DNA of 64,000 nt, taken from the NCBI GenBank assembly GCA_963662545.2, contig CAXXLL010000002.1, positions 1,856,001 to 1,920,000 on the forward strand. Reading direction: 5' to 3'. A program made the translations under genes and the position numbers. Of this stretch, positions 28,927 to 38,487 are shown in pieces; within the stretch, counting starts at the first letter, position 1; the number at the start of each line of letters is the position of its first letter. Under the pieces are notes generated by a model. The model saw only the letters and a program-made list of their open reading frames with translations. It searched no databases and was not told where the DNA came from. Source of the stretch: Gammaproteobacteria bacterium (GTDB taxonomy: Bacteria; Pseudomonadota; Gammaproteobacteria; Ga0077536).

Positions 28927-30057
28927 ATGTATATCTGGGAAACCCAGGAATGGCCGGCTTTTACCTGGGATGAAAAGAGCGTATCCCGCCTGGTCGTGCA
29001 GGTCTCTCGGGAACAGGGCCGCCTGCTCGGAAAAATGGAAGCCCTGGGCTTCGAGCTGCGCAGCGAGGCCCAGCTCAGCACCCTGACACAGGACGTCGTC
29101 AAAACTAGCGAAATCGAAGGCGAGAAGCTCGATACCGCTCAGGTCAGGTCTTCGATCGCCAGGCGACTCGGCATGGATGTCGGCGGACTCGTCCCGGCGG
29201 ATCGCGATGTCGAAGGCGTGGTCGAGATGACGCTCGACGCCACGCGCAACTACGAGGAGCGTCTGACCGAAGCGCGACTGTTCGACTGGCACGCGGCACT
29301 ATTTCCGACCGGCCGAAGCGGCATGCGGAAAATCAATGTCGGAACCTGGCGAAAGGACAGCGACGGCCCGATGCAGGTTGTGTCCGGTGCTACGGGTCAG
29401 GAAAAGGTTCATTACGAGGCTCCGCCCGCTGCACGCGTACCGGATGAGATGACAGCGTTTCTAAACTGGATTGAGCAGCCGGGAGAAACCGAGCCGCTAC
29501 TCATCGCAGCGCTCGCGCATCTCTGGTTTGTGACCATACATCCGTTCGATGATGGCAACGGGCGCATTGCGCGCGCCATTGCCGATCTGGCGCTGTGCCG
29601 CTCTGAAAAAAGTGCACAGCGCTTTTACAGCATGTCGGCACAAATTAGCCGTGACCGTAACGATTATTACTCGACACTGGAATGGACTCAGAAAGCTACG
29701 CTCGATGTTACGGCTTGGCAGACATGGTTTCTGGAGTGTCTCCTACATGCGATCGACGGCGCTCAGGAAACCCTCGGCTCGATCCTAGGTAAAGCCCGCT
29801 TCTGGGAACGCTTCGCCAAAGAGCCCTTGAACGAGCGTCAAATCAAAGTGATGAACAGGCTACTGGACGGCTTCGAAGGCAAGCTCACGAGTTCGAAGTG
29901 GGCCAAGATCGCCAAATGCTCGCAAGACACGGCCCATCGCGACATCGTTGATCTCATCGACCGGGGTGCATTGAGAAAAGATCCCGGCGGCGGTCGCGCT
30001 ACCAGCTATTCCTTGGCGCCTCATCGTTTTCGCCAGCGGCCGGGGTCGACTTTGTAG
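28927..30057 (+). CDS. Fic family protein (DUF4172-type N-terminus, C-terminal HTH)
   Basis: MYIWETQEWPAF; HPFDDGNGRIAR Fic motif; C-terminal SSKWAKIAKCSQDTAHRDI. Confidence 0.93.
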   Translation: MYIWETQEWPAFTWDEKSVSRLVVQVSREQGRLLGKMEALGFELRSEAQLSTLTQDVVKTSEIEGEKLDTAQVRSSIARRLGMDVGGLVPADRDVEGVVEMTLDATRNYEERLTEARLFDWHAALFPTGRSGMRKINVGTWRKDSDGPMQVVSGATGQEKVHYEAPPAARVPDEMTAFLNWIEQPGETEPLLIAALAHLWFVTIHPFDDGNGRIARAIADLALCRSEKSAQRFYSMSAQISRDRNDYYSTLEWTQKATLDVTAWQTWFLECLLHAIDGAQETLGSILGKARFWERFAKEPLNERQIKVMNRLLDGFEGKLTSSKWAKIAKCSQDTAHRDIVDLIDRGALRKDPGGGRATSYSLAPHRFRQRPGSTL

Positions 30058-30845
30058 AATTTGTTCAACTCTGCGTACAGCTTCGGGTGTTCATCTTCGA
30101 GTTCCACCGGCGTCTCGAAAAACGCTTCCGTCGCAACCGCGAAGAACTCGGACGGCGACGCCGCCCCGTATTCGTCGAGCACCTGGGGTACGCCGCGCTT
30201 GGCGTCCTCCTGGAGGAGGCTGTATTCCTTGCGCAAAACATCCGTCCAGCTCGCATAATGTGAATCGGAGTCGAGTACCGGCAGGCCATCCATCACGTCG
30301 TTTTCTTCGTCGAGCTTGTGGGCGAATTCGTGCAGCACGACATTGCAGCCGTCGCGATGCTCGGTTGCATCGCGCATGACGTCGCCCCATGACAGAATGA
30401 CCGGGCCGCGATGCCAGGATTCACCGAGTCTAGGCTGGAGATCACGGGTCTCCAACATTCCGTCTCTATGCGAGGTCGGTACGACGAACGTATCCGGGTA
30501 GACCAGCACCGTGGTGAAGCCGGGGAAATAGTCGGTTGCTCGGCTCAGCAGCAGCAGACAGGCATGCCCCGCGATGGTGACGCGGATCTCATCGGTGACG
30601 GTAAGCCCCTGGCAGCCCTCGAACACTTTCGCATCCAGGAACACGTTGATTTGGCCACGGAGCTCGCGGCGCAGATCGTCGGGCAAGATGCGATAAAGGC
30701 GTACGTTGCGTTCGAGTATGTGGAGCCATCCGTGCGGGAATGGCGCGGCAAAAAGCCTCTTGCGCCGCGCGGCCCGCCGCTCGCGTAGCAGCACCCATGC
30801 GCAGAGGACGCCTATGACCAAGGTCAAAAATATGAAAATTGGCAC
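30021..30845 (-). CDS. M90-family zinc peptidase (MtfA-like)
   Basis: LGESW, NVVLHEFAHKLD, YGAASPSEFFAVATEAFFE; N-terminal TM helix; GTG start. Confidence 0.9.
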   Translation of the reverse strand: MPIFIFLTLVIGVLCAWVLLRERRAARRKRLFAAPFPHGWLHILERNVRLYRILPDDLRRELRGQINVFLDAKVFEGCQGLTVTDEIRVTIAGHACLLLLSRATDYFPGFTTVLVYPDTFVVPTSHRDGMLETRDLQPRLGESWHRGPVILSWGDVMRDATEHRDGCNVVLHEFAHKLDEENDVMDGLPVLDSDSHYASWTDVLRKEYSLLQEDAKRGVPQVLDEYGAASPSEFFAVATEAFFETPVELEDEHPKLYAELNKFYKVDPGRWRKR

Positions 30846-30900
30846 GGACGGGCGGCCTTCGATTTCTTGATCGTTGTTCGCGCGCAAGCGCGAGAATTAT

Positions 30901-31647
30901 CTAATTTAAATACACGCCGCCATTAACGTGCAACGTTTGCCCGGTCATGAAGGATGCGTCGCCCGACAATAGAAACGACACCGTGCCCGCGATTTCGCGC
31001 GGCTCGCCGCGGCGTTTCATGGGGGTGGCTTGCTCCATTGCTTCGTATTCCTCTTCCGGAAGGACACCCTCCAGCCGTTCGTGCCAGATCAATCCTGGTG
31101 CTATGACGTTGCACGTAATTCCGTGGGCCGCGAGATCCAGCGCAATTGAATGCGTGTAACCGATGATCCCCGCCTTGGCAGCGGCGTAGGGTGATTGTCC
31201 GGGGCCCGGCGTAAACGCGTACAGTGAAGCGAAGTTGACGATACGGCCGAAGCCCGCTTTGACCATTGGTTCGCTGAACGTTCGCGTGCAGTAAAACGTG
31301 CCGTGCAGGTTGACCTTGAGCACGATATCGAAGGTTTTGGGGTTGATGCTCCAGGGCGGTGCCGCCGAGGCGACGCCGGCGTTGTTGACGAGTCGGTCCA
31401 CGTGGATGTCTTGCGCGCGCAACTCGTCGCGCAGCGATTCGATTTCTTCAAGCTTCGTCACGTCGAGCGACCGCATCAGGATGTGCTGGCGCAGCGGATC
31501 TTTGAATCCTTCCAGCCACGCGTCCCCGTCCTCGATGCGCCTGTCGGTGGCGATGACTTGTTGTCCGTCCTCTATCAGACGCCGGACGATCGCCGTGCCG
31601 AGTCCGCCGAAGGCACCCGTGACCAGCGTATAAACCGATAAGCTCAT
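30901..31647 (-). CDS. SDR family oxidoreductase (FabG-like)
   Basis: TGAFGGLG, NNAG, YAAAKAG, TGQTLHVNGG. Confidence 0.92.
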   Translation of the reverse strand: MSLSVYTLVTGAFGGLGTAIVRRLIEDGQQVIATDRRIEDGDAWLEGFKDPLRQHILMRSLDVTKLEEIESLRDELRAQDIHVDRLVNNAGVASAAPPWSINPKTFDIVLKVNLHGTFYCTRTFSEPMVKAGFGRIVNFASLYAFTPGPGQSPYAAAKAGIIGYTHSIALDLAAHGITCNVIAPGLIWHERLEGVLPEEEYEAMEQATPMKRRGEPREIAGTVSFLLSGDASFMTGQTLHVNGGVYLN

Positions 31648-31790
31648 GTCAACTTTTCCCGGTAATCGATGCGACTTGCGATATTAGCGTATTCATGCGG
31701 CCGGAAAGCATCGCCGGAGGTATCGACGGCCGCGAACGTGGGAGCTAAGCTGTAAGTTGCTTACAATAACGCCCCAAGGAGGAACCCATC

Positions 31791-32210
31791 ATGGCCTACG
31801 ACGCTTTAGTCGAACGAAAACTCGATGTACCCCGTTCCAAAGTCTTTGCGGCCTTCTATGATTTTGGCGGTATCGACAAACTCCTGCCCGACATGTTCGG
31901 CTCGTGCGACTGTATCGGCGAGGGCGTGGGCGCCCTGCGGACGCTTAAGTTTGCCGACGGCAGCGGTACGGTCGTCGAACGCATGGAAATTGCCCACGAG
32001 GAATCGATATTCGGCTACACCATCACTGCCAACGACGCACTGCCGATGGAGAATTACTGCGCGACCGTGATGCTGTCCGACACCGGCGACGGCGGCACCA
32101 ACGTCAGTTACGGCAGCAACTGGGATCCGAAAGGCATCGAAGAAGACGAATTACGGACGATGTTGGAGGGTCTCTACGGCGCCATTCTCGACGGGATCGC
32201 CAAGGGGTGA
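31791..32210 (+). CDS. SRPBCC/polyketide cyclase family protein
   Basis: GEGVGALRTL...VVERME...YTI pattern; AAGGAGG RBS. Confidence 0.85.
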   Translation: MAYDALVERKLDVPRSKVFAAFYDFGGIDKLLPDMFGSCDCIGEGVGALRTLKFADGSGTVVERMEIAHEESIFGYTITANDALPMENYCATVMLSDTGDGGTNVSYGSNWDPKGIEEDELRTMLEGLYGAILDGIAKG

Positions 32211-32219
32211 GTCGGAAAA

Positions 32220-32246
32220 GAGAAAGCCATTTAACATGGCTTTCTC
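32220..32246 (-). terminator. Terminator between convergent genes
   Basis: 11-bp stem GAGAAAGCCAT/ATGGCTTTCTC with TTTT on the minus strand. Confidence 0.7.
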
Positions 32247-32255
32247 CCGACGAAC

Positions 32256-32391
32256 GCCCGCACAAGGATGTGCGGGCTGGTGCCAAACGAATACCGTTGA
32301 GTACCGCCAGGGATGGCAGGCACCCACCTTCGAAACTACTCCAGCCTGCATTCAAACAAAGCCCAAAACGTACCGCCAAGGATGCCAGGCA
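32256..32391 (+). repeat. Three CA-NGGA-TG motifs, two within 22-nt direct repeats
   Basis: GCCCGCACA-AGGA-TGTGCGGGC; GTACCGCCAGGGATGGCAGGCA (32301) and GTACCGCCAAGGATGCCAGGCA (32370), 20/22 identical. Confidence 0.7.
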
Positions 32392-32452
32392 GAAAACGAT
32401 TGATGAGCCCTGTCTGCCAGCAAACCGGCTCCAACGGTAGATTCGACCAGTC

Positions 32453-33469
32453 TTACCTGAAGTTCGGCATCACTTCACGCGCGAACAGTTCGAGCGACCG
32501 CGTGCCCTTAGCCGGGTCTAGACCCGGAAATTGCGTGCCCAGAATGAAATCCGTGCACCGATATTCGTCCCGAAACGCCTCTAGCTTTGCCGTTACCTGA
32601 TCTGGCGTGCCAATCATGAAGTGATCCGCAAGAACCGAGTGACGCATGTCGGCGGGCTTGGTCACGGGCAACGGCGCGTCGTCACCTTCGGCATCTTTCG
32701 CGTTCGACAGGATGTCGTGATAGAACTCGAGCATGTGGAAGAGGTGATCCTGGCACTCGTCCCAGGCCTCGTCTTCGCTTTCCGCGCAATAGACCATGCG
32801 TAGCTGCGCGATCTTGAAGTCGGCCGGATCGTGACCCTGTTCCTTCAACGTCTCGAGATACAGCGGGGCAGGATCGGGCCCGATGGTTCCCATCAGGTGA
32901 TAGCCCAATTCCGCGGCCTTTTTGATCGCCTTGGGCGCGCGCGCTCCGATCCAGATCGGCGGGTAGGGCTGCTGTACGGGTTTCGGCGACAGACGTGCAT
33001 CTTTGAGTTGTGTGTACCTGCCGTCATAGGTCACGCGCTCCTCAGTGAACAGACGCTTGATGATGTCGATGCCTTCGCGCATGCGCGATCCGCGCTCGGA
33101 GCGATCCATGCACAGCGCGTTGAACTCGTGGTAGGAATACCCCTGACCGATGCCGAAGTCGAAGCGGCCATCGGAGAAGATGTCGACATTGGCGACTTCC
33201 TCGGCAACCAGCATGGGATGCTGATAAGGCAGCAGTAGTATGAAGGTGCCTATGCGAATGTCCTTGGTGTGGGTTGCAACGGCCGCCGCCGTGGTCATGA
33301 GTGAAGGGTTGTAACCGTCGTCGGTGAAATGGTGCTCGGTCAGCCAGACGTTGTCGTAGCCGAGCGCTTCGCCGCGAACGATCTGTTCGAGAATCTGCTC
33401 GTAGAACTCGGGAAACGGCCGCCGCCATTTCACGGGATTGCGGAAATCCTCCATAAAGCCAAAACGCAT
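32453..33469 (-). CDS. LLM-class flavin-dependent oxidoreductase
   Basis: GYDNVWLTEHHF, HPMLVAEE, GRFDFGIGQGY, PPIWIG. Confidence 0.92.
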   Translation of the reverse strand: MRFGFMEDFRNPVKWRRPFPEFYEQILEQIVRGEALGYDNVWLTEHHFTDDGYNPSLMTTAAAVATHTKDIRIGTFILLLPYQHPMLVAEEVANVDIFSDGRFDFGIGQGYSYHEFNALCMDRSERGSRMREGIDIIKRLFTEERVTYDGRYTQLKDARLSPKPVQQPYPPIWIGARAPKAIKKAAELGYHLMGTIGPDPAPLYLETLKEQGHDPADFKIAQLRMVYCAESEDEAWDECQDHLFHMLEFYHDILSNAKDAEGDDAPLPVTKPADMRHSVLADHFMIGTPDQVTAKLEAFRDEYRCTDFILGTQFPGLDPAKGTRSLELFAREVMPNFR

Positions 33470-33522
33470 GTTCTTCTCCGTCGTTGAGGTGGAAGCGGGT
33501 GCTTAAGTTCGCCGAAGAGCGG

Positions 33523-34689
33523 TCAAAACGAACGCGGCAGGCCGAGTACTTTTTCTCCGATGAAATTGAAGATCATCTCGCGGCTTACGGGTGCGATGCG
33601 CGCGATCATAATCTCACGCATGTAGCGCTCGACGTGATACTCCTTGGCATAGCCCATGCCGCCGTGCGTCAGGACCGCCTGTTCGCAGGCCTTGAATCCC
33701 GCTTCACCGCCTAGGTACTTGGCGGCGTTGGCCTCGGCGCCGCATTCCTCCCCGGCGTCGTACTTGGCCGATGCGTTGAACGCCATCAAGTTGGCGGCTT
33801 CGAGATCCATCCAGCATTTTGCCAGCGGGTGTTGAATCGCCTGATTCATACCGATTTTGCGTCCGAAGACTTCGCGCTCGTTGGCATAATCGACCGCACG
33901 CTTGAGCGCCGCACGACCGAGCCCCACGGCCTCGGCGCCGACGAGAATGCGCTCGGGGTTCAAGCCGTGCAGGAGGTAATAAAAGCCTTTGCCTTCCTCG
34001 CCGATCAAATCCTCCTGCGGCACCGGGAGCCCATCGTAGAACACCGAATTGGAATCGACGGCCTTGCGTCCCATCTTGGCGATCTCGTGAATCTCGACGT
34101 AATCCCGGTTCAGATCGGTGTAGAACAGCGAGATGCCGTGGGTCTTTTTCTTCACTTCCTCGCGCGGGGTGGTACGCACGAGCAGCAGCACTTTGTTCGC
34201 CCGCTGCGCCATCGAAGTCCAGTGCTTCTGACCGTAGATCAGGTAACCGTCACCGCTGCGTTCCGCGCGCGTCTGAATGCTGGTCGTATCCAGACCGGCG
34301 TTGGGTTCCGTGACTCCGAAACAGGCGTTGTCCCGGCCCTGCAGCAGCGGTACGAGCATGCGCTGTTTCTGATCCTCGGTACCGAATACCACGACGGGAT
34401 TCAATCCGAAAAGGTTGAGGTGTATGGCTGACGCGCCGGTGAAGCCCGCACCGGATTCAGCCACTGCCTGCATCATGATGGCGGCGTCCGTGATGCCAAG
34501 CCCGCTGCCGCCGTATTCCTCGGGCATGGCAATGCCCAACCAGCCGCCTTCACGTATTTTGTCGACAAATTCCTGGGGGAATCGCCCTTCATTGTCGCAA
34601 TCGAGCCAGTAATCGGCGTCAAATGCATCACACAGCTTGAAGATGGCTTCCCTGATAGCGCGCTGGTCTTCGGAAAAACTGAATTTCAT
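33523..34689 (-). CDS. Acyl-CoA dehydrogenase
   Basis: CFGVTEPNAG, G.KHW, R.VFGRKIG.NQAIQ, THGGMGY. Confidence 0.93.
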   Translation of the reverse strand: MKFSFSEDQRAIREAIFKLCDAFDADYWLDCDNEGRFPQEFVDKIREGGWLGIAMPEEYGGSGLGITDAAIMMQAVAESGAGFTGASAIHLNLFGLNPVVVFGTEDQKQRMLVPLLQGRDNACFGVTEPNAGLDTTSIQTRAERSGDGYLIYGQKHWTSMAQRANKVLLLVRTTPREEVKKKTHGISLFYTDLNRDYVEIHEIAKMGRKAVDSNSVFYDGLPVPQEDLIGEEGKGFYYLLHGLNPERILVGAEAVGLGRAALKRAVDYANEREVFGRKIGMNQAIQHPLAKCWMDLEAANLMAFNASAKYDAGEECGAEANAAKYLGGEAGFKACEQAVLTHGGMGYAKEYHVERYMREIMIARIAPVSREMIFNFIGEKVLGLPRSF

Positions 34690-34904
34690 ATGCCCACCCC
34701 GAGATCGATGAGGAGCCGCCGTACGGGCGGCCTTACCGGCGCTTTTACATCACCGGTGCCGGCGGCAATAATATCAGGACACTGCCTCTCTTCGTGAACC
34801 CGCTCCGGGGAGAGGAGATGCAAAACATTGCGAAAACCAGGTCGATGGAGCGAAGGTCCTACGCTCGAGATTCAAACCGGCTTCAAAGGCAGAGGAAAAA
34901 CAAC

Positions 34905-36071
34905 ATGTTCGTCGCGACGAAAGACAAAATCATGCCCACAGTCATGGTCGGGTCCTTTCCGAAACCGACCTGGTTCAACCAGAACCTGTATGGGCGACCG
35001 TTCAAAGTCGCTATGGGAGATTCGCTATACCGGGAGCAGTATCTCGATTCGGTCGCCTGCTACATCAGTGAACAGGAGCGCTGCGGCCTCGACATTCTGG
35101 TCGACGGCGATACCCGCTTCGATCTCGAAGTCGGCGGGCGCTCGTGGTTTTTCTATACCATCGAGCGCCTGAATGGCATTACGGGTTTTCGCGACAGCAC
35201 CCATTTTCTCGACTACGGCGACATGAAGCCGGGACACATCCTCTACGAGGTACAGGAATCATGGCATCCGCCGACCGTAACCGAAAAGATCACGCGCGGC
35301 GCTCTGCATTTCACGGCCATCTGGAAAACCGCGCAGAAAATGACCGAGCGGCCAGTCAAGTTCGGTTCGATATGCGCAACCTGTCTGCCGATGATGTTGT
35401 GGAATGATTATTACGACAACGATCGCGACATGATCATGGACATCGCCACCGCGCTGAACGAAGAGTACCGGGAACTCGCCGATGCCGGCTGCCCCGTGAT
35501 TCAAATCGAGGAGCCGGTGCATCATTTCAACTGCAACGCCATACCGCCCTGCAGCGACGATGACCTCGCGTTCTACACGGAGGCCTTCAACCGGCAGGTC
35601 GAGGGCGTCAACACCGAGATCTGGGCCCATACCTGCTGGGGTAACCCGAATCAGCAGAGTTTCTACTGGGAGCGCCCGAGCTACGAGCGATCACTGCCGT
35701 ACTTCCTCGAGATGAACTGTGATGTGTTGATGCTGGAAGGCGGTAGCAACCAGGCGCGGGATATCGCGCTCATAAAGGACCACACTACCGACAAGAAGAT
35801 CGGGATCGGCGTGGTCGACCACACGCGCACCACGGTCGAATCGCCCGAGCAGGTGGCGGAGACGATTCGCCATGCGCTGGAATATGTGCCGCCCGAGCGC
35901 TTGGTCATCACGGCCGACTGCGGTTTCGGGCGCGAAGGGCTGTCGCGGCGAATCGCTTTCTACAAGTGCGTCTCGGTAGTCATGGGGGCGAACATCGTGC
36001 GTAAGGATCTCGGACTGGACGAGGCCTATGTACGTGTCGCCGATCCGGCTTACGCGTTCAATGAAACTTAG
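34905..36071 (+). CDS. Cobalamin-independent methionine synthase II family (single-barrel core MetE-like)
   Basis: VGSFPKP, QE..GLDILVDG, HTCWGN, LE, DCGFG zinc-ligand motifs; GAGG RBS before ATG 34905. Confidence 0.85.
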   Translation: MFVATKDKIMPTVMVGSFPKPTWFNQNLYGRPFKVAMGDSLYREQYLDSVACYISEQERCGLDILVDGDTRFDLEVGGRSWFFYTIERLNGITGFRDSTHFLDYGDMKPGHILYEVQESWHPPTVTEKITRGALHFTAIWKTAQKMTERPVKFGSICATCLPMMLWNDYYDNDRDMIMDIATALNEEYRELADAGCPVIQIEEPVHHFNCNAIPPCSDDDLAFYTEAFNRQVEGVNTEIWAHTCWGNPNQQSFYWERPSYERSLPYFLEMNCDVLMLEGGSNQARDIALIKDHTTDKKIGIGVVDHTRTTVESPEQVAETIRHALEYVPPERLVITADCGFGREGLSRRIAFYKCVSVVMGANIVRKDLGLDEAYVRVADPAYAFNET

Positions 36072-36187
36072 GCTGGCGTCGGAAGATATCCGACCTGGGA
36101 GCCCGCTCGAGAACGCATAATCGGTTCCGATCCAATCGACGACATAGCGGCGTAGCATCGCCACCACGACCGAAACTGGAGTGATCC

Positions 36188-37189
36188 ATGAATCCGTATC
36201 ACCTAACACCCGAAGATGAATCCAGCCATCCGCCGACGCGGGATACAAATTTCAACGAAAGCGTCTATGTGAACGGCTTCGATGTAGAGCGCCGCTTTGG
36301 CGGCTGGATGCGGATCGGCAATCGCGTCAACGAAGGTCATGCGGAAGCCCAGGTGTGTATTTATCTACCGGACGGCCGCATCGCCTGCCAGTTTCTGCGC
36401 CCGGAGATCACGGACAACGAGGCGTTTGCGGCGGGCGGTATGGAGTACCGCGTGATCGAACCGATGAAGCGGGTGGCGATGAGCTTCGAGGGGGAATTAA
36501 TGGTGCTCGAAGACCCGGCCCTGTTGCGTGAACCGCGGCGCCTGTTCGTCGAGGCGCCGCGGCTGCCGGGCCGGATCACCTACGAACTCGAGGGCGTATC
36601 GCCGGTACACGGCGGCACGCCCATCGATGATGAGCAGGATACGATGTATGGCCGTGATTTCTCGCTCGGCCACTTTTTCCAACACGCGCGAACGGTCGGC
36701 CGCATCAGCGTCGGCGGCGAGTCCTGGGAATTCGAGGGCTTCGGTTGGCGCGATCATTCCTGGGGACCACGCTTCTGGACCAATATTCACTACTACCGGC
36801 TGCTGATCGCCAACTTCGGCGCCGATCGCGCCATGATGCTGCTCAAGATCACCGGGCGCGACGGTGTCACGCGCCGGCACGGTGTGCTGCAGATCGGTAC
36901 CGATTACGAGGAGATCACCGATCTCGACCTGTTCACCGATTGGACCGACGCAAAGGATCCGGCCTCCATTCAACTCGGCGTCCGCACGGACAATCGGGCG
37001 GTGCGGATGTCCGGACGTGTGCTGCGGCTCGCGCCACTCAAGAATCGGCGCAAGGTTAACGGTGAAGTCTTGCAGTCGCGCATCGCCGAGAGCTTGACCG
37101 AGTGGGACTGGGACGGACGCAAGGGCATCGGCATGACCGAATACATCGAATTTCTAGAAGACGGGGAACCCGTCGGATACCCGCTATAG
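36188..37189 (+). CDS. Conserved hypothetical protein (GxRDHSWG, CrtC/lipocalin-like fold)
   Basis: FNESVY, GFGWRDHSWGPR, GIGMTEY motifs; GGAG RBS. Confidence 0.75.
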   Translation: MNPYHLTPEDESSHPPTRDTNFNESVYVNGFDVERRFGGWMRIGNRVNEGHAEAQVCIYLPDGRIACQFLRPEITDNEAFAAGGMEYRVIEPMKRVAMSFEGELMVLEDPALLREPRRLFVEAPRLPGRITYELEGVSPVHGGTPIDDEQDTMYGRDFSLGHFFQHARTVGRISVGGESWEFEGFGWRDHSWGPRFWTNIHYYRLLIANFGADRAMMLLKITGRDGVTRRHGVLQIGTDYEEITDLDLFTDWTDAKDPASIQLGVRTDNRAVRMSGRVLRLAPLKNRRKVNGEVLQSRIAESLTEWDWDGRKGIGMTEYIEFLEDGEPVGYPL

Positions 37190-37271
37190 TCGGAGTCTGC
37201 GTCCGGCCGGGGCACCTTGGCACGGTACGCTACGATGGGCCGTTTAGATAAGCACTCAACGGGGAATCATT

Positions 37272-37898
37272 ATGAGACATGCAATAGCAACAATAGCGAT
37301 GATTGCGTTGCTCGCCGGATGTTCGAACGAAGAAACGAATCAGGTACAAGCCGATCTACCGATCGACAAGGGCAGCGTAAAAGCGGGCGCCGGTAGCAGC
37401 GTATCAATGAACGGCGACGCGCTTGCCCTCGCCGGGACAGGCATCGTGGAAGTCGGCAAACCACTTCCGGCTGCGATCGTGTCCTCCAACGAGCTCAAGC
37501 CAGTCAATATTACCGAGGCCAGCAGTAAGGTCCGCATCATCAGTGTGGTGCCGTCGCTCGATACACCCACCTGCGATAAGCAAACCCACGAACTGTCAGA
37601 AGATAACGACGGGCTGGACAAGCAAGTCGAGCTCATCACCATCAGCATGGACCTGCCCTTCGCGCAGTCGCGCTTTGCCACCGAAGCGAAGATTAGCAAC
37701 GTTACCTTTTTATCCGACTACAAAAACAGAGAGTTCGGCAATAATAACGGCCTGTTGATCGAACCGCTTGCTCTGTTGGCACGCGCGGTCATTGTTATCG
37801 ATCAAGACAATATCGTGCGCTACCTCCAGGTCGTGCCGGAAATCACCGCACTGCCTGACATGCAAGCGGCGATGCAAGCGGCGCGTGATCTGCTCTGA
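37272..37898 (+). CDS. tpx: Thiol peroxidase (Tpx-type), lipoprotein
   Basis: Lipobox LLAGC; VPSLDTPTC, ISMDLPFAQSRF, LARAV, VPEI. Confidence 0.88.
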   Translation: MRHAIATIAMIALLAGCSNEETNQVQADLPIDKGSVKAGAGSSVSMNGDALALAGTGIVEVGKPLPAAIVSSNELKPVNITEASSKVRIISVVPSLDTPTCDKQTHELSEDNDGLDKQVELITISMDLPFAQSRFATEAKISNVTFLSDYKNREFGNNNGLLIEPLALLARAVIVIDQDNIVRYLQVVPEITALPDMQAAMQAARDLL

Positions 37899-38078
37899 GC
37901 GCTTATAAGAAGGATAATCCGGCGACGATACCCAGGTAATTCGCCAAATTGGACGTAATTCACCAGTCGTAATGCACGCCTGCGACCAGCGGTGTTCGCG
38001 GCCCGCGGGCCCAATATCGGTCTGATCGAATATGATTCGCTGATGGCGACGTTCGAAATGTTCGACTAAAGCAGTCCA

Positions 38079-38444
38079 ATGGCCCACGACCAGCCCGACG
38101 TTCCCGAACTGATCGATACAGTACGCGAATTCCTGGACGGTATTTCAGCGAAGCTCGACGGACAGGATCGCTACCACGCCCTGTGTGCCGTCTATCTGCT
38201 CGAGATCGTCGAACGTGAACTCGCCGAGTGGCGCCGCGGTGAAACGGCCGACGACCGGCGCCTGCGCACGCTGGCCAAGCTCCCGGATGCGGCGGTGGAT
38301 TCACTCGCGGAACGCTTGAGCGCCGACATCCGCGCGGGGAAATTCGATGAAACGATGGACGAACTACTGGCTGCGCTGACCGAACACGTGGTTGCCAAGG
38401 TCAAGGTTTCCAGGCCTGCCTATCTCGATCCCGAGCATCGGTAA
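38079..38444 (+). CDS. DUF6285-like protein
   Basis: DQP...ELIDTVREFL...IVEREL...AKVKVSRPAY pattern. Confidence 0.72.
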   Translation: MAHDQPDVPELIDTVREFLDGISAKLDGQDRYHALCAVYLLEIVERELAEWRRGETADDRRLRTLAKLPDAAVDSLAERLSADIRAGKFDETMDELLAALTEHVVAKVKVSRPAYLDPEHR

Positions 38445-38487
38445 GTCGCCACTTCGCCAATGCCAAAACCTGAGACCTCGCACACGC

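Noticed and set aside
32301-32391. 22-nt direct repeats as a mini CRISPR array
   Set aside because: Only two imperfect repeats, no leader and no cas genes in the window.
34690-34904. Riboswitch (SAM/SAH/cobalamin) upstream of the MetE-like gene
   Set aside because: No conserved core motifs could be matched by eye; an Rfam scan would be needed.
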